From Lachnospiraceae bacterium (GTDB taxonomy: Bacteria > Bacillota > Clostridia > Lachnospirales > Lachnospiraceae), in assembly GCA_017938285.1 (NCBI GenBank), contig JAGBBW010000061.1:7627-71626 (forward strand): DNA of 64,000 nt, written 5' to 3'. Of this stretch, positions 10,192 through 19,227 are shown in pieces. The position numbers and the translations under genes were made by a program. Under the pieces are notes generated by a model. It ran no database searches and had not been told where the DNA came from. It was given only the letters and a program-made list of their open reading frames with translations. The first letter of the stretch is position 1. Each line of letters begins with the position of its first letter.

Positions 10192-11085
10192 ATGAAAATG
10201 GCAATTTTTACAGGCGCAGGTGTAGCCATTGTTACACCATTCAAGGAAAATGGAGAAGTAAATTTCGATAAGCTGGGCGAGTTAATCGATTTTCAGGTGG
10301 AAAACGGTACCGACAGTATTGTTATTGTAGGAACTACAGGAGAGGCTTCCACACTGACCCACGATGAGCATGTGGAGTGTATCCGTTATGCGGTGGAAAG
10401 GACTGCAAAGAGAATTCCTGTTGTGGCAGGTACAGGTTCCAACTGTACAGAAACAGCAGTATTTCTGACAAAGGAAGCAGAAAAGGCAGGAGCAGATGGT
10501 GCCCTTGTAGTGACTCCATACTACAACAAGGCAACCCAGAAGGGTCTGATCCAGCATTTTGGTACCATTGCCAAATCCGTAAATATTCCTCTTATTTTAT
10601 ATAATATTCCGGGAAGAACCGGCTGCAACATTCTTCCTGCAACCGCAGCTGCTATGGTAAAAGAGTATGATAACATTATCGCCATGAAGGATGCCACCGG
10701 CAATCTGCCACAGACATTAGAAACTCTGGAAGCATGCCAGGGTGACATTGATATTTATTCCGGTGAAGACGGACTGATTACTCCAATGATGTCCATTGGC
10801 GGCAAGGGTGTAATTTCTGTATTATCCAACATTGCACCACGGGATACCCACGATATCTGTGCAAAGTACCTGGCAGGTGATGTAAAGGGCAGCTTAGAGC
10901 TTCAGATGAAGTATCTGCCGGTGATTCGTGCGCTGTTCTGTGAAGTAAATCCGATTCCGGTCAAGAAGGCATTAAACCTGATGGGCATGGAAGTTGGTCC
11001 AATGCGTATGCCATTAACAGAAATGGAAGAAGCACATGCCAAGGTTCTTTACGAAGAAATGAAGAAGGTTGGTCTGGTAAAATAA
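10192..11085 (+). CDS. dapA: 4-hydroxy-tetrahydrodipicolinate synthase
   Basis: MKMAIFTGAGVAIVTPF..., GTTGE and YNIPGRTG motifs. RBS AGGAAGGGGA. The track ORF begins at an upstream TTG, which I rejected. Confidence 0.92.
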   Translation: MKMAIFTGAGVAIVTPFKENGEVNFDKLGELIDFQVENGTDSIVIVGTTGEASTLTHDEHVECIRYAVERTAKRIPVVAGTGSNCTETAVFLTKEAEKAGADGALVVTPYYNKATQKGLIQHFGTIAKSVNIPLILYNIPGRTGCNILPATAAAMVKEYDNIIAMKDATGNLPQTLETLEACQGDIDIYSGEDGLITPMMSIGGKGVISVLSNIAPRDTHDICAKYLAGDVKGSLELQMKYLPVIRALFCEVNPIPVKKALNLMGMEVGPMRMPLTEMEEAHAKVLYEEMKKVGLVK

Positions 11086-11194
11086 CAATAATACCTGGAT
11101 AGGGTCTGAGAAAAGAAGAAGGAGCTGCCGCATGGAAACATGTTTTATGTGGCAGCCTCCTGCGTTGTATTTTTACAGGAGGAAAAAGAAAAGA

Positions 11195-11953
11195 ATGACA
11201 AGAATTATTATGTGTGGCTGTAACGGAAAGATGGGTCGTGTCATCAGCCAGATTGTAAAAGAAGATGAAAATGCAGAAATTGTAGCAGGTGTGGACATTT
11301 CCGGTGAACAGCTGGACGCTTATCCGGTATTTCCGTCCATTAAGGACTGTAATGTGGAAGCAGATGCGCTGATTGATTTCTCGGCTCCTGCAGCTCTGGA
11401 TGATATTCTGGCGGTTGGTATGGCAAAAAATCTTCCATTGGTGCTTTGTACCACCGGTTATAATGAGGAACAGCTGAAAAAAATAGAGATGGCATCCAAA
11501 AATCTTGCTATTTTACGTTCTGCCAATATGTCCCTTGGTGTGAATCTGCTGCTTGGTCTGGTACAGGCTGCGGCAAAAGTACTTTCTGAGGCAAATTTTG
11601 ATATTGAACTTGTGGAAAAGCATCATAACCAGAAGGTAGACGCGCCATCCGGTACGGCACTGGCACTGGCAGATGCCATTAACGAAGCACTGAACAATGA
11701 ATATGAATATAAGTATGACCGTTCCAGGGAACGTGTAAAGCGTGAAAAGAAGGAAATCGGCATTAGTGCAGTACGTGGCGGCACAATTGTCGGGGAACAT
11801 GAAGTGATTTTTGCTGGAACTGACGAGGTTATTGAATTTAAGCATACGGCTTATTCCAAGGCTATTTTTGGAAAGGGAGCCGTGTCTGCAGCGAAATATC
11901 TGGCTGGTAAGGGTGCCGGAATGTACAGCATGAAGGATGTAATTAACCTGTAG
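11195..11953 (+). CDS. dapB: 4-hydroxy-tetrahydrodipicolinate reductase
   Basis: MTRIIMCGCNGKMGR... and EKHHNQKVDAPSGTA (the DapB signature E-x-HH-x-K-x-DAPSGTA). Confidence 0.9.
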   Translation: MTRIIMCGCNGKMGRVISQIVKEDENAEIVAGVDISGEQLDAYPVFPSIKDCNVEADALIDFSAPAALDDILAVGMAKNLPLVLCTTGYNEEQLKKIEMASKNLAILRSANMSLGVNLLLGLVQAAAKVLSEANFDIELVEKHHNQKVDAPSGTALALADAINEALNNEYEYKYDRSRERVKREKKEIGISAVRGGTIVGEHEVIFAGTDEVIEFKHTAYSKAIFGKGAVSAAKYLAGKGAGMYSMKDVINL

Positions 11954-12006
11954 GCCGTTACAAGAGGCAGGAAGAAACAGTGGTTATTTTATAAGAACAT
12001 AAAAAT

Positions 12007-12033
12007 GAGGAGGTGCAGTAACTGCACCTCCTT
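12007..12033. terminator. Bidirectional intrinsic terminator between the convergent dapB and Big_2 genes
   Basis: GAGGAGGTGCAG-TAA-CTGCACCTCCTT gives an 11-12 bp stem, flanked by A-run and T-run sequence. Confidence 0.65.
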
Positions 12034-12071
12034 ATGATTTTGTACCGTATGGTGCTGTTCGCATAGATTAG

Positions 12072-12863
12072 TTAGTTGGCATCACCCGTCGCGGATTCTG
12101 CATCTTCAGCAGTTTTACCAGCGGCATTCAAATTCTTAAGGAATGTTTCAAAATCAACTTCCTCTGTGTTATTCAGAAGAGGATCAGAAACATCTTCGCT
12201 TACGTCAGCCGGGAGCATACCGTCTTCCGGAACTTCTGCAGAAAGTTCTTCTAAATCGGTTCCCTTTGGATAAACATAAACTTTACAAACTGCAAAACGA
12301 CCATTATCAATCTGGGCAAATATGTACGTAGCCCCTTCAGCTCTGGCAGTAATACGACCACCGGCGCTGACAGAAGCGATTGTCTTGTCATAGCTGGAGA
12401 ACTTTGCGGTCTCTGCTGCGTTTAAAGGCTGGATATTTCGCTCGAGCGTTAATTTCTGGCCAACCGTCATCGTCAGTTCCAACCTGGAGAACTGTACGCT
12501 GATAGCAGGCGGTCCAACCTTGATATCGCAGGAAAGAAGAGCAATGGTGTTTTCTCCTTCTGTGACAGTGACGAGGATGGTAGCTGTACCAACAAGATTG
12601 CCGGTAACCGTACCGTACTCATCCACAGAGACAACAGCCGGAGCAGAAGATACATAAGAAACAGTCTGCCCCTCACTCAGATTGTATACATAAATGGAAA
12701 AAGACTTTCCTTTTACGATAGTCTGGGAATTTACATTCAGTTTGATATCCTGAGTTTCGTCCGCATAAGCAGTAACCATCTGGTTAGAGAGCGGAGCAGA
12801 AACTCCGAGGAAAAGAATTAAGCCGAAGATAAAAAATACTTTTAAATAATTTTTTAGCCTCAT
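12072..12863 (-). CDS. Secreted Ig-like (Big_2-type) domain protein
   Basis: The start MRLKNYLKVFFIFGLILFLG is a signal peptide and follows AGGAGG. Two Big_2-like repeats (SSAPAVVSVDEYGTVTG, SSYDKTIASVSAGGRITA) and an acidic tail. Confidence 0.7.
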   Translation of the reverse strand: MRLKNYLKVFFIFGLILFLGVSAPLSNQMVTAYADETQDIKLNVNSQTIVKGKSFSIYVYNLSEGQTVSYVSSAPAVVSVDEYGTVTGNLVGTATILVTVTEGENTIALLSCDIKVGPPAISVQFSRLELTMTVGQKLTLERNIQPLNAAETAKFSSYDKTIASVSAGGRITARAEGATYIFAQIDNGRFAVCKVYVYPKGTDLEELSAEVPEDGMLPADVSEDVSDPLLNNTEEVDFETFLKNLNAAGKTAEDAESATGDAN

Positions 12864-13139
12864 GGCTATTCCTCCTAACATAAAATCCTTGCGTCACATC
12901 CTGAACACAGTATATCAGCCTTTTTTGTCAGAACCATGGCAAAACATTGTCATTACTGGGACATTTTGCTGCTGTATCGCTGTTTTGGTCAGGAAAAAAA
13001 GTAATGCAGTGTAATATCCAGCAACAATTTTGACACAATTTCCAGTTACTTTAATCTTGTCATAATCGTAAAAGTAAAATATACTGTAACTAAGGAAGAA
13101 CGAAGTTACAGTAAAAACTGCAGCTTCACTGCGCAAATT

Positions 13140-13172
13140 CGGCGGGGAAAAGGCTTTAATCAGCGTTTCCCT
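13140..13172 (+). repeat. 33-nt motif, copy 1 (cggcggggaaaaGgctttaatcagcgtttcCct), upstream of the response regulator gene
   Basis: 31/33 identical to 61834-61866. Contains a 7 bp hairpin around the loop TTTAATCA. Confidence 0.6.
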
Positions 13173-13233
13173 GATAACAAGTGGTAAAAGGTTTTACAGG
13201 TACTGAGTTATATAAGAAAAGGAGGATGATAGT

Positions 13234-13929
13234 ATGTCCTACATATTGATTGCGGACGACAATCCGGACATTACCAGTATTTTATCGTTATATGCAGAAA
13301 AAGAAGGATTTGAGCCGGTGGTGGCTTCGGATGGGGAAGAGGCAGTGCGGCTGTTTAACCAGTATAATCCGGTAGTGGTTCTGCTGGATGTCATGATGCC
13401 AAAGGAAGATGGGTATGAGGTCTGCCGCAAAATCCGTGCCAAGTCGGATGTGCCGGTGATTCTGGTGACTGCCAGAGGAGAGGATTTTGAGAAAATCATG
13501 GGTCTGGATATCGGCGCAGATGATTATATTGTCAAGCCGTTCAGTCCAAGTGAGGTCATGGCAAGGGTACGTGCCGTACTCCGCCGTATGACAAAGGGGG
13601 AAAAGGAGTCCAATACGAATATTCTCCGTGTGGGCAACCTGGAAATTAATCTGGAGGAGTATACCCTTTCCATCGGTGATACGAAGATGGCACTGACGAA
13701 AAAGGAAATTGAAACGATGTGGACCCTGGCCAGCAATCCGAACAAGGTCTTTACCAGAGATAATCTGCTGGACAGTCTCTGGGGTTTTGATTATTATGGT
13801 GATCCAAGAACTGTGGATTCCCATATTAAGCGGCTCCGGGCAAAACTGGATGCCGTAGACCATCCGCAGTGGGGCATTAAGACCATCTGGGGTGTTGGCT
13901 ACAAGTTTGAGATTGAAGGACAGCAATGA
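13234..13929 (+). CDS. OmpR/PhoB-family response regulator
   Basis: 231 aa. The receiver domain has DD, VVLLDVMMP (phospho-acceptor Asp present) and KPF. C-terminal winged helix ends in GVGYKF. Confidence 0.9.
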   Translation: MSYILIADDNPDITSILSLYAEKEGFEPVVASDGEEAVRLFNQYNPVVVLLDVMMPKEDGYEVCRKIRAKSDVPVILVTARGEDFEKIMGLDIGADDYIVKPFSPSEVMARVRAVLRRMTKGEKESNTNILRVGNLEINLEEYTLSIGDTKMALTKKEIETMWTLASNPNKVFTRDNLLDSLWGFDYYGDPRTVDSHIKRLRAKLDAVDHPQWGIKTIWGVGYKFEIEGQQ

Positions 13930-15395
13930 AAGAAGAAACATTAAAACCAAAATACAATCGTCTTTTTATCAAAACATACACCCGTTTTGCGGCGGTGATT
14001 ACGGTGTTTGCCGTACTGCTGGGCGTGTTGTACATGAGAATGTATGAAGAGGCAACGGTAGAGCAGTATGAACAGCAGCTGATTCAGAAAGCGCAGGGTA
14101 TTTCCAGCCGCTGTTCCACTTATTTTAAGGATAAGCTGAGCAGTGAGTGGTGGAATTATCTGCAGATGTTCAGCGAACTGGAAGGAACGGAAATCTGGTC
14201 GATTTCCAATCCGAAGGCACTGCATCCCCTTGGTACGGATATGTCCATTGGTCTGGATGTATCGGTGTTATCCCAGGAGTATGTGGAGATAGCAGAACAG
14301 GCATTCAGCAGTAAGATAGAAACCCGCACGAAGTTCAGTGCCTATCACGAATGTGACGTTGTGACGGTGGGTGTGCCGGTACAGGGTATCAATGGGGAGG
14401 TGGCAGGTGCCATCATTCTGAATGCTCCGGTAGAGACGCAGAAAGAGGTTGTAGCCAGCAGCTGGTCCATGATTTTAATGAGTGGCATGGTGGCGCTGAT
14501 GATTTCGTTCGTTATTGCCATTCCGTTTGCAAGGAGTCTGACCCAGCCGATTACGAGCATGCGTTCTACCGCCCTGGAACTGGCTTCCGGCAATTATGGG
14601 GCGGAAACCGGAATTATCCGGTACGATGAAATCGGGGAACTGGCAACTACCATTGACTTTCTGGCGGATAAACTGGCAGAAAATGAAGTAGAACGGAAAA
14701 ACATGGAGCAGATGCGCCTGGATTTCTTTGCCAATGTATCCCATGAACTCCGGACTCCGATTACCGTGGTGCGGGGTTACACCGAGTCCCTGGTGGACGG
14801 CGTGGTGGTGGATGAAGAACGCAGAAACCAGTACTATGCGAGAATGCTGTCGGAGTGCCAGAGCATGGAACGTCTGGTAGGCGATTTGCTGCTGCTGTCC
14901 AAAATGCAGAACCCGGATTTTGCCATAGAGAAAGAACCAGTGCATTTACAGCAGGTATTCAAGGACATCAGGCGTACTGCCTGGGCAATTGCGGATGAGC
15001 GCCAGATAGAAATTGTCATGAACCAGCCGGAAGAACCGTGTATGATGATGGCAGACTATGTGCGCCTGCGCCAGATGTTTGTTGTTATTATTGATAATGC
15101 CATCAAGTTTTCAAAGGATGGCTCCAGTGTGTACATTACGGTGGAATGTGATGAGAATATCCGGGTGTCCATCCGGGATGAAGGTGTTGGTATTTCCGAA
15201 GAAGAACTGCCATATATCTTTGAAAAATTTTACAAATCCAAGCTACGCCAGAATGCCAAAGGCTCCGGTCTGGGACTTGCCATTGCAAGGCAGATCTGCT
15301 TAAAGCATGGCGGAACGATTCAGGTGGAGAGTTTTGTCGGAAAAGGTACAACCTTCCACTTTACTTTTCCAAAGATGGAAGAAATAAATACTTGA
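13926..15395 (+). CDS. Sensor histidine kinase (two TM segments, HAMP, HisKA, HATPase_c)
   Basis: 489 aa. H-box FANVSHELRTPIT, and N, G1 and G2 boxes (IDNAIKFS, DEGVGI, GSGLGLAI). ATGA overlap with the regulator gene. Confidence 0.9.
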   Translation: MKEETLKPKYNRLFIKTYTRFAAVITVFAVLLGVLYMRMYEEATVEQYEQQLIQKAQGISSRCSTYFKDKLSSEWWNYLQMFSELEGTEIWSISNPKALHPLGTDMSIGLDVSVLSQEYVEIAEQAFSSKIETRTKFSAYHECDVVTVGVPVQGINGEVAGAIILNAPVETQKEVVASSWSMILMSGMVALMISFVIAIPFARSLTQPITSMRSTALELASGNYGAETGIIRYDEIGELATTIDFLADKLAENEVERKNMEQMRLDFFANVSHELRTPITVVRGYTESLVDGVVVDEERRNQYYARMLSECQSMERLVGDLLLLSKMQNPDFAIEKEPVHLQQVFKDIRRTAWAIADERQIEIVMNQPEEPCMMMADYVRLRQMFVVIIDNAIKFSKDGSSVYITVECDENIRVSIRDEGVGISEEELPYIFEKFYKSKLRQNAKGSGLGLAIARQICLKHGGTIQVESFVGKGTTFHFTFPKMEEINT

Positions 15396-16141
15396 TAAAT
15401 GTAAGAGAATGTAGTAAAATAAAATCACAAAAGTTCTTATCCTAGGGTGTGCGATACTCCTGTTATTTTGAACCTACATTACTTTAAACGGGATTCCAAT
15501 ATCTTTAAGCGGATGTCAGGCCTCCGATACGCAGTGGAAGGCAGAAACTTATTTGAGGTTACCCACCTAGCTTTGCTAGGAGTCAAAATACAGGAACCGG
15601 CATTTTGGGATAAGGACGATTAGGAAATACGGTAAGGTACATAAGAGGGACAGTACCAAAGATTGTCTCACGAAGGATAACTTACCGAAGAACCTTCTGG
15701 ATGACTTACGTAGGATGACATACCGAAGAAAACTTACATAGGCTTACGTGAGATGGCGGTGACGAAGGAAGACACCTGCAAAAGATGGCGGTGGCAAAAG
15801 AAAACCGTAACAAAAGAATCCAGGGGTACATAAGATGGAGTATCAGGGTGCTGCAGAGATGTGGCACCCTTTTTTGCGTGGTGCGCCTGGCAGTGCACAT
15901 TTCGAATGGGCAAAAGTCCCTGATCCACCCCGGTAGTGGGAAGGATATAGACAAGAGCAAGGATTTTCGAGCACTTATGAAATTGGCAGTATAGTTTTGT
16001 ACATTTTTTAAATTGTTCCATTTTGTTATGGACATGTGGCAGTCCAGGTTATACAATTCTCTTAAAAAACAGCCCCAAAGAAAAAAGGAAACGGTATCAG
16101 TTCCTTTTGTAACACTGCCTCCCAGGTAATTAACGGAATGA

Positions 16142-16723
16142 CGTTTTCTTAAAAAAGTACATACCGCACTGGATGTAGTGGGAATGGTTCCTGTATTTGG
16201 GGAAGTCTGTGACGCAACCAATGCGGTAATCTATCTGATGGAAGGTAACCTTGGTGAAGCTGCCATGTCAGGAGCTGCCTGCATTCCCGGATGGGGAAAT
16301 GTGGCAACCGCAGCCAAATGGGCAGGAATAGTTACAGGTGGTGCCACTGCGGATGCAGCAAAGGCATACGATAAGATGAAAGATGCCGGAAACGGACTGG
16401 ACGGTATTCATGATGCACAGAAAGCGGCGGATAAGGCTGGGACGGCTGGGAAAACGGCAAAGAAAGCAGCTGGTGCTGGGGGGAAGGGTGGCTTAAATTC
16501 AATTAACAAGTTAGATGATTTGCTAGTTGATCCAAGTAAGCTTGCCGGTGTAAGTGGAAATGAACTATATGAATATCTGTTAAAAAATGGATACGATGTG
16601 AACCCCCTAAGTAAAGGTAGTTATAAAGGAATACCATTTGAGGAAGGCGGAGGCTTTAAAGTTAATTGGGGTGGAGACAGAATCCTACAATATCATCGAA
16701 TAGGAGCAGGAAAATGGATATAA
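16142..16723 (+). pseudogene. Orphan, 5'-truncated polymorphic-toxin C-terminal cassette (PT-TG-like pre-toxin segment, G/A/K-rich linker, short C-terminal toxin module)
   Basis: The frame is open from 16142 with no upstream ATG. The sequence HTALDVVGMVPVFGEVCDATNAVIYLMEGNLGEAAMSGAACIPGWG resembles the pre-toxin TG domain. It is followed by an overlapping small gene. A promoter-like TGGACA-17-TACAAT lies at 16029-16057. Confidence 0.55.
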
Positions 16724-17001
16724 ATACTTTGAGGGAAAAAGTTGAAAGGATATTTTTAGAACTAGGGTTTAAGAATGAGATGATAGGAGTAAAACAATAT
16801 CGTTACTTAGTGTATAATAACTGTTATTGTAAAATAACATACTTAAACTCAAGGGAAGCATTTGTTATTGAATGCGCAGACAATGCGGAAGATGCTTCAA
16901 ATGGTGTATTAGAGGATGGAGATTTGTATTATCTGAATATTCCAGAAGAAGAGATGTTATGCAAATTGAGAAAAGACATAGTGGCATATTACATGGAGTA
17001 G
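16714..17001 (+). CDS. Putative cognate immunity protein, hypothetical, 95 aa
   Basis: The ATG overlaps the toxin-fragment stop. Small acidic cytoplasmic protein in the expected position for an immunity gene. No family recognised. Confidence 0.45.
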   Translation: MDINTLREKVERIFLELGFKNEMIGVKQYRYLVYNNCYCKITYLNSREAFVIECADNAEDASNGVLEDGDLYYLNIPEEEMLCKLRKDIVAYYME

Positions 17002-17209
17002 AATGTAACAAATTCGTAACATTTTCTTGACACCCTCAAAACGTCCAGGTTACAATGGCACGCAAGAGGGGGTACAAGAGGGATGAAATATTTCCTTAAT
17101 ACCAAACCACATTTCACCCACCGGCACTATTTTCGCCCCTGCTTATTTTAGTGGCATCTTAAGAAATCCTGTCTTTCACATTTTCCCAACAAGTCTTAAA
17201 TTTTTCATT

Positions 17210-17455
17210 ATGGGTAACTACCTCGACTTCGGTCCTAAAATCGCACACAGGGGCAACACAGGCTCTCGTAGGGGAATGGTTCCTGTGCTCTATGATGTAG
17301 ACCATACTATTGATTTGCAATTAGGCGGAGCAGATGATATAGTGAATAGGAATCCATTAAATATGAGTGTTAATAGAAGTTTAGGTGTACAAATTAAAAA
17401 TGCTATTAAAGATTATCCAGATGGAACGGTATTTGGACAATCTACGATACAGTAA
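17210..17455 (+). CDS. Orphan HNH/EndoVII-type nuclease toxin C-terminal module, 81 aa
   Basis: GMVPV (same 15-nt gggaatggttcctgt as cassette 1) is followed by DVDHTIDLQLGGADDIVNRNPLNMSVNRS, which fits the D-H...GG...N...N HNH layout. Promoter-like TTGACA-18-TACAAT at 17027-17056. Confidence 0.5.
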   Translation: MGNYLDFGPKIAHRGNTGSRRGMVPVLYDVDHTIDLQLGGADDIVNRNPLNMSVNRSLGVQIKNAIKDYPDGTVFGQSTIQ

Positions 17456-17465
17456 GGAGAATGAT

Positions 17466-18017
17466 ATGATTAGAGATTTCTTATTGTTTTTTAAAGAGAA
17501 CATCGTGATTGAGTATTCAGAGGATTTGTATAATGATTTTATCATGCAATTAGGTGGAAAAAGATTTGGACATGGGCTGTTTAATTCATTTTCAAAGGAC
17601 AATGTAAAGAAATGGACAGAGATTGTCAGTGAAGCATATCCTGAGTTTCAGAATTTGTTTCAGATTTTTGGTTATGATTGGCTTGGGCGTTGTTTTGGAA
17701 TTGATTTGAGAAAAAATACATATGGAAATATTTTAATGTTTGAAATAGGGACTAATGATGTGTTAGAAATTCCTTGTGTGTTTGATAAATTTCTTAATGA
17801 AGAAATTCCATTATATGCTGATGCATGTTTAGCAAAAACATTTTTTGATGAATGGATGAATAACTTTGGTAGGGAGATTGTCTATGGAAGATGTGCTGGT
17901 TATAAAGTTCCGTTGTTTCTAGGAGGAGAAGATAGTGTGAACAATCTTGAGGACAGTGATATGGAAGTATACTGGAGCGTAATAACACAAATAAAAAGAA
18001 AATTTGTCTCCATTTAA
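17466..18017 (+). CDS. Immunity protein, GAD-like / DUF1851 (Tdi1-like) type
   Basis: MIRDFLLFF... follows TAAGGAGAA. The GYDWLGRCFGIDL and YKVPLFLGGEDSVNNLE motifs resemble the Tdi1 C-terminal/DUF1851 immunity family (from memory). Confidence 0.55.
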   Translation: MIRDFLLFFKENIVIEYSEDLYNDFIMQLGGKRFGHGLFNSFSKDNVKKWTEIVSEAYPEFQNLFQIFGYDWLGRCFGIDLRKNTYGNILMFEIGTNDVLEIPCVFDKFLNEEIPLYADACLAKTFFDEWMNNFGREIVYGRCAGYKVPLFLGGEDSVNNLEDSDMEVYWSVITQIKRKFVSI

Positions 18018-18180
18018 AGACACCAACTACCTAAGGAAGCACTGATTAATTCATTGCTTCCTTAGAAGTTTCCTGCGGATCGCACGAATTTGCTGGGCGG
18101 TGCAGGAGAAAGTGAGAGGATATATTTATCAAATAAAAGTGTAAAGTACGTTGATGTTTTTTTTAAGAAAGGACGGAAAT

Positions 18181-19227
18181 ATGCAATTTAAATTACCTTT
18201 TAAGAAAAGAATACCACTTGTTTTATTACAACGTAATGGGATGATTTATTGTCAGATGCAGTATGAAGTTTTAAGGGAAGACAGAAGGAAACCAGGATAT
18301 TATGTGGAAATGTACGAGTTAGGTCAAAATAAGCCGGCGTTTGAAATAGGTCGGTTTATTTTGAATCTCCTGGATAGATTTTTAAATCATCCGGAATGGA
18401 TGGAATCAGAGGTATGGAAAGCTTCTGGAATGACATGGGAGAATTATTTGGATTCTGTAGATGAAAAAATTATGGAATCACTTGGTGCAAAATCGGAGAA
18501 GGATTATTATATGTATTATAGAATGTTCCATATAGAATACGATGTGGAATCAGACAGGTACAAGATAGAGCTGGCGTGGCCGATAACGAAGGGAAAACAA
18601 TATTATAATGATTTTTCTCCTTCCACAGGAAAACCAGGTCTCCTGACCTTCCCCACTCCACTGGAATTTGATTCCACAATCGCACCGGAACTCCTTGGCC
18701 GCATGGTACTGGAAGCCTTTGACCGCTGTCAGCAGCTGACAGATGCCGCCGCTGGGAATAAGTTCGAGGTAAAGGAACTGACGCTTTTCGATGGTTCCGT
18801 TCTGGAGATTCAAATGCCCCGGGATAAGCATTTTTTTGATTCGGGGGACATGGGAACCGCAGAAATTTACCAGATGTATGAGTATTTTCCCAAAGAGGAC
18901 GCAGAAGATGCCCAGGCACAGTTTTTCCTTGGCATAGGGGAAGAACTGAATTGTGACATAAGTCAGGACAACATTACGGCAGTGTGGGAAAGTAATTACG
19001 GTAAGGCAGAGTTTCTGGAAATAAAAGCAGTGAAGCAAGGCATCTACTGTCTGCGGGCGGAACTGAGAAATAAAACAATACATAAGGTGTCATATTTTGT
19101 GCAACAGAACAAAAAACTGCTTCTGGAGTGCAGCATGGAAGTATTCCAGCCGGGAAAGAGAAAAAAGCTGGAGGAAAAGCTTTTGGAACTGTTTGAAGAA
19201 TTTGCAGGGCGGTGCAGGAGAAAGTGA
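18181..19227 (+). CDS. Hypothetical protein, tandem paralog 1 (divergent N-half, shared C-half)
   Basis: 348 aa starting at MQFKLPFKKRIPLVLL. The C-terminal ~200 aa is ~95 percent or more identical to the next gene. No family recognised. Confidence 0.6.
   Translation: MQFKLPFKKRIPLVLLQRNGMIYCQMQYEVLREDRRKPGYYVEMYELGQNKPAFEIGRFILNLLDRFLNHPEWMESEVWKASGMTWENYLDSVDEKIMESLGAKSEKDYYMYYRMFHIEYDVESDRYKIELAWPITKGKQYYNDFSPSTGKPGLLTFPTPLEFDSTIAPELLGRMVLEAFDRCQQLTDAAAGNKFEVKELTLFDGSVLEIQMPRDKHFFDSGDMGTAEIYQMYEYFPKEDAEDAQAQFFLGIGEELNCDISQDNITAVWESNYGKAEFLEIKAVKQGIYCLRAELRNKTIHKVSYFVQQNKKLLLECSMEVFQPGKRKKLEEKLLELFEEFAGRCRRK

Noticed and set aside
13288-13950. A 220-aa ORF on the minus strand, and similar long antisense ORFs elsewhere: 35776-36282, 59039-59614, 59986-60702, 60724-61401, 24995-25540 and 27369-27944.
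   Set aside because: Each lies entirely antisense to a gene with clear family motifs. The translations are low-complexity or Cys/His/Arg-rich with no recognisable motifs and no RBS. They are shadow ORFs.
15706-16221. 171-aa minus-strand ORF and two smaller ORFs (15734-16021 minus, 15785-15994 plus) in the ORF-free stretch.
   Set aside because: The translations have no motifs, atypical composition and no RBS. They overlap each other, and one runs into the toxin fragment. The region is treated as non-coding.
16142-16723. Calling cassette 1 an intact toxin gene starting at GTG 16178.
   Set aside because: The reading frame is open upstream to 16142 without a start codon and begins in the middle of a pre-toxin-type domain. 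The C-terminal module also looks short (it ends QYHRIGAGKWI). It is treated as an orphan or truncated cassette.
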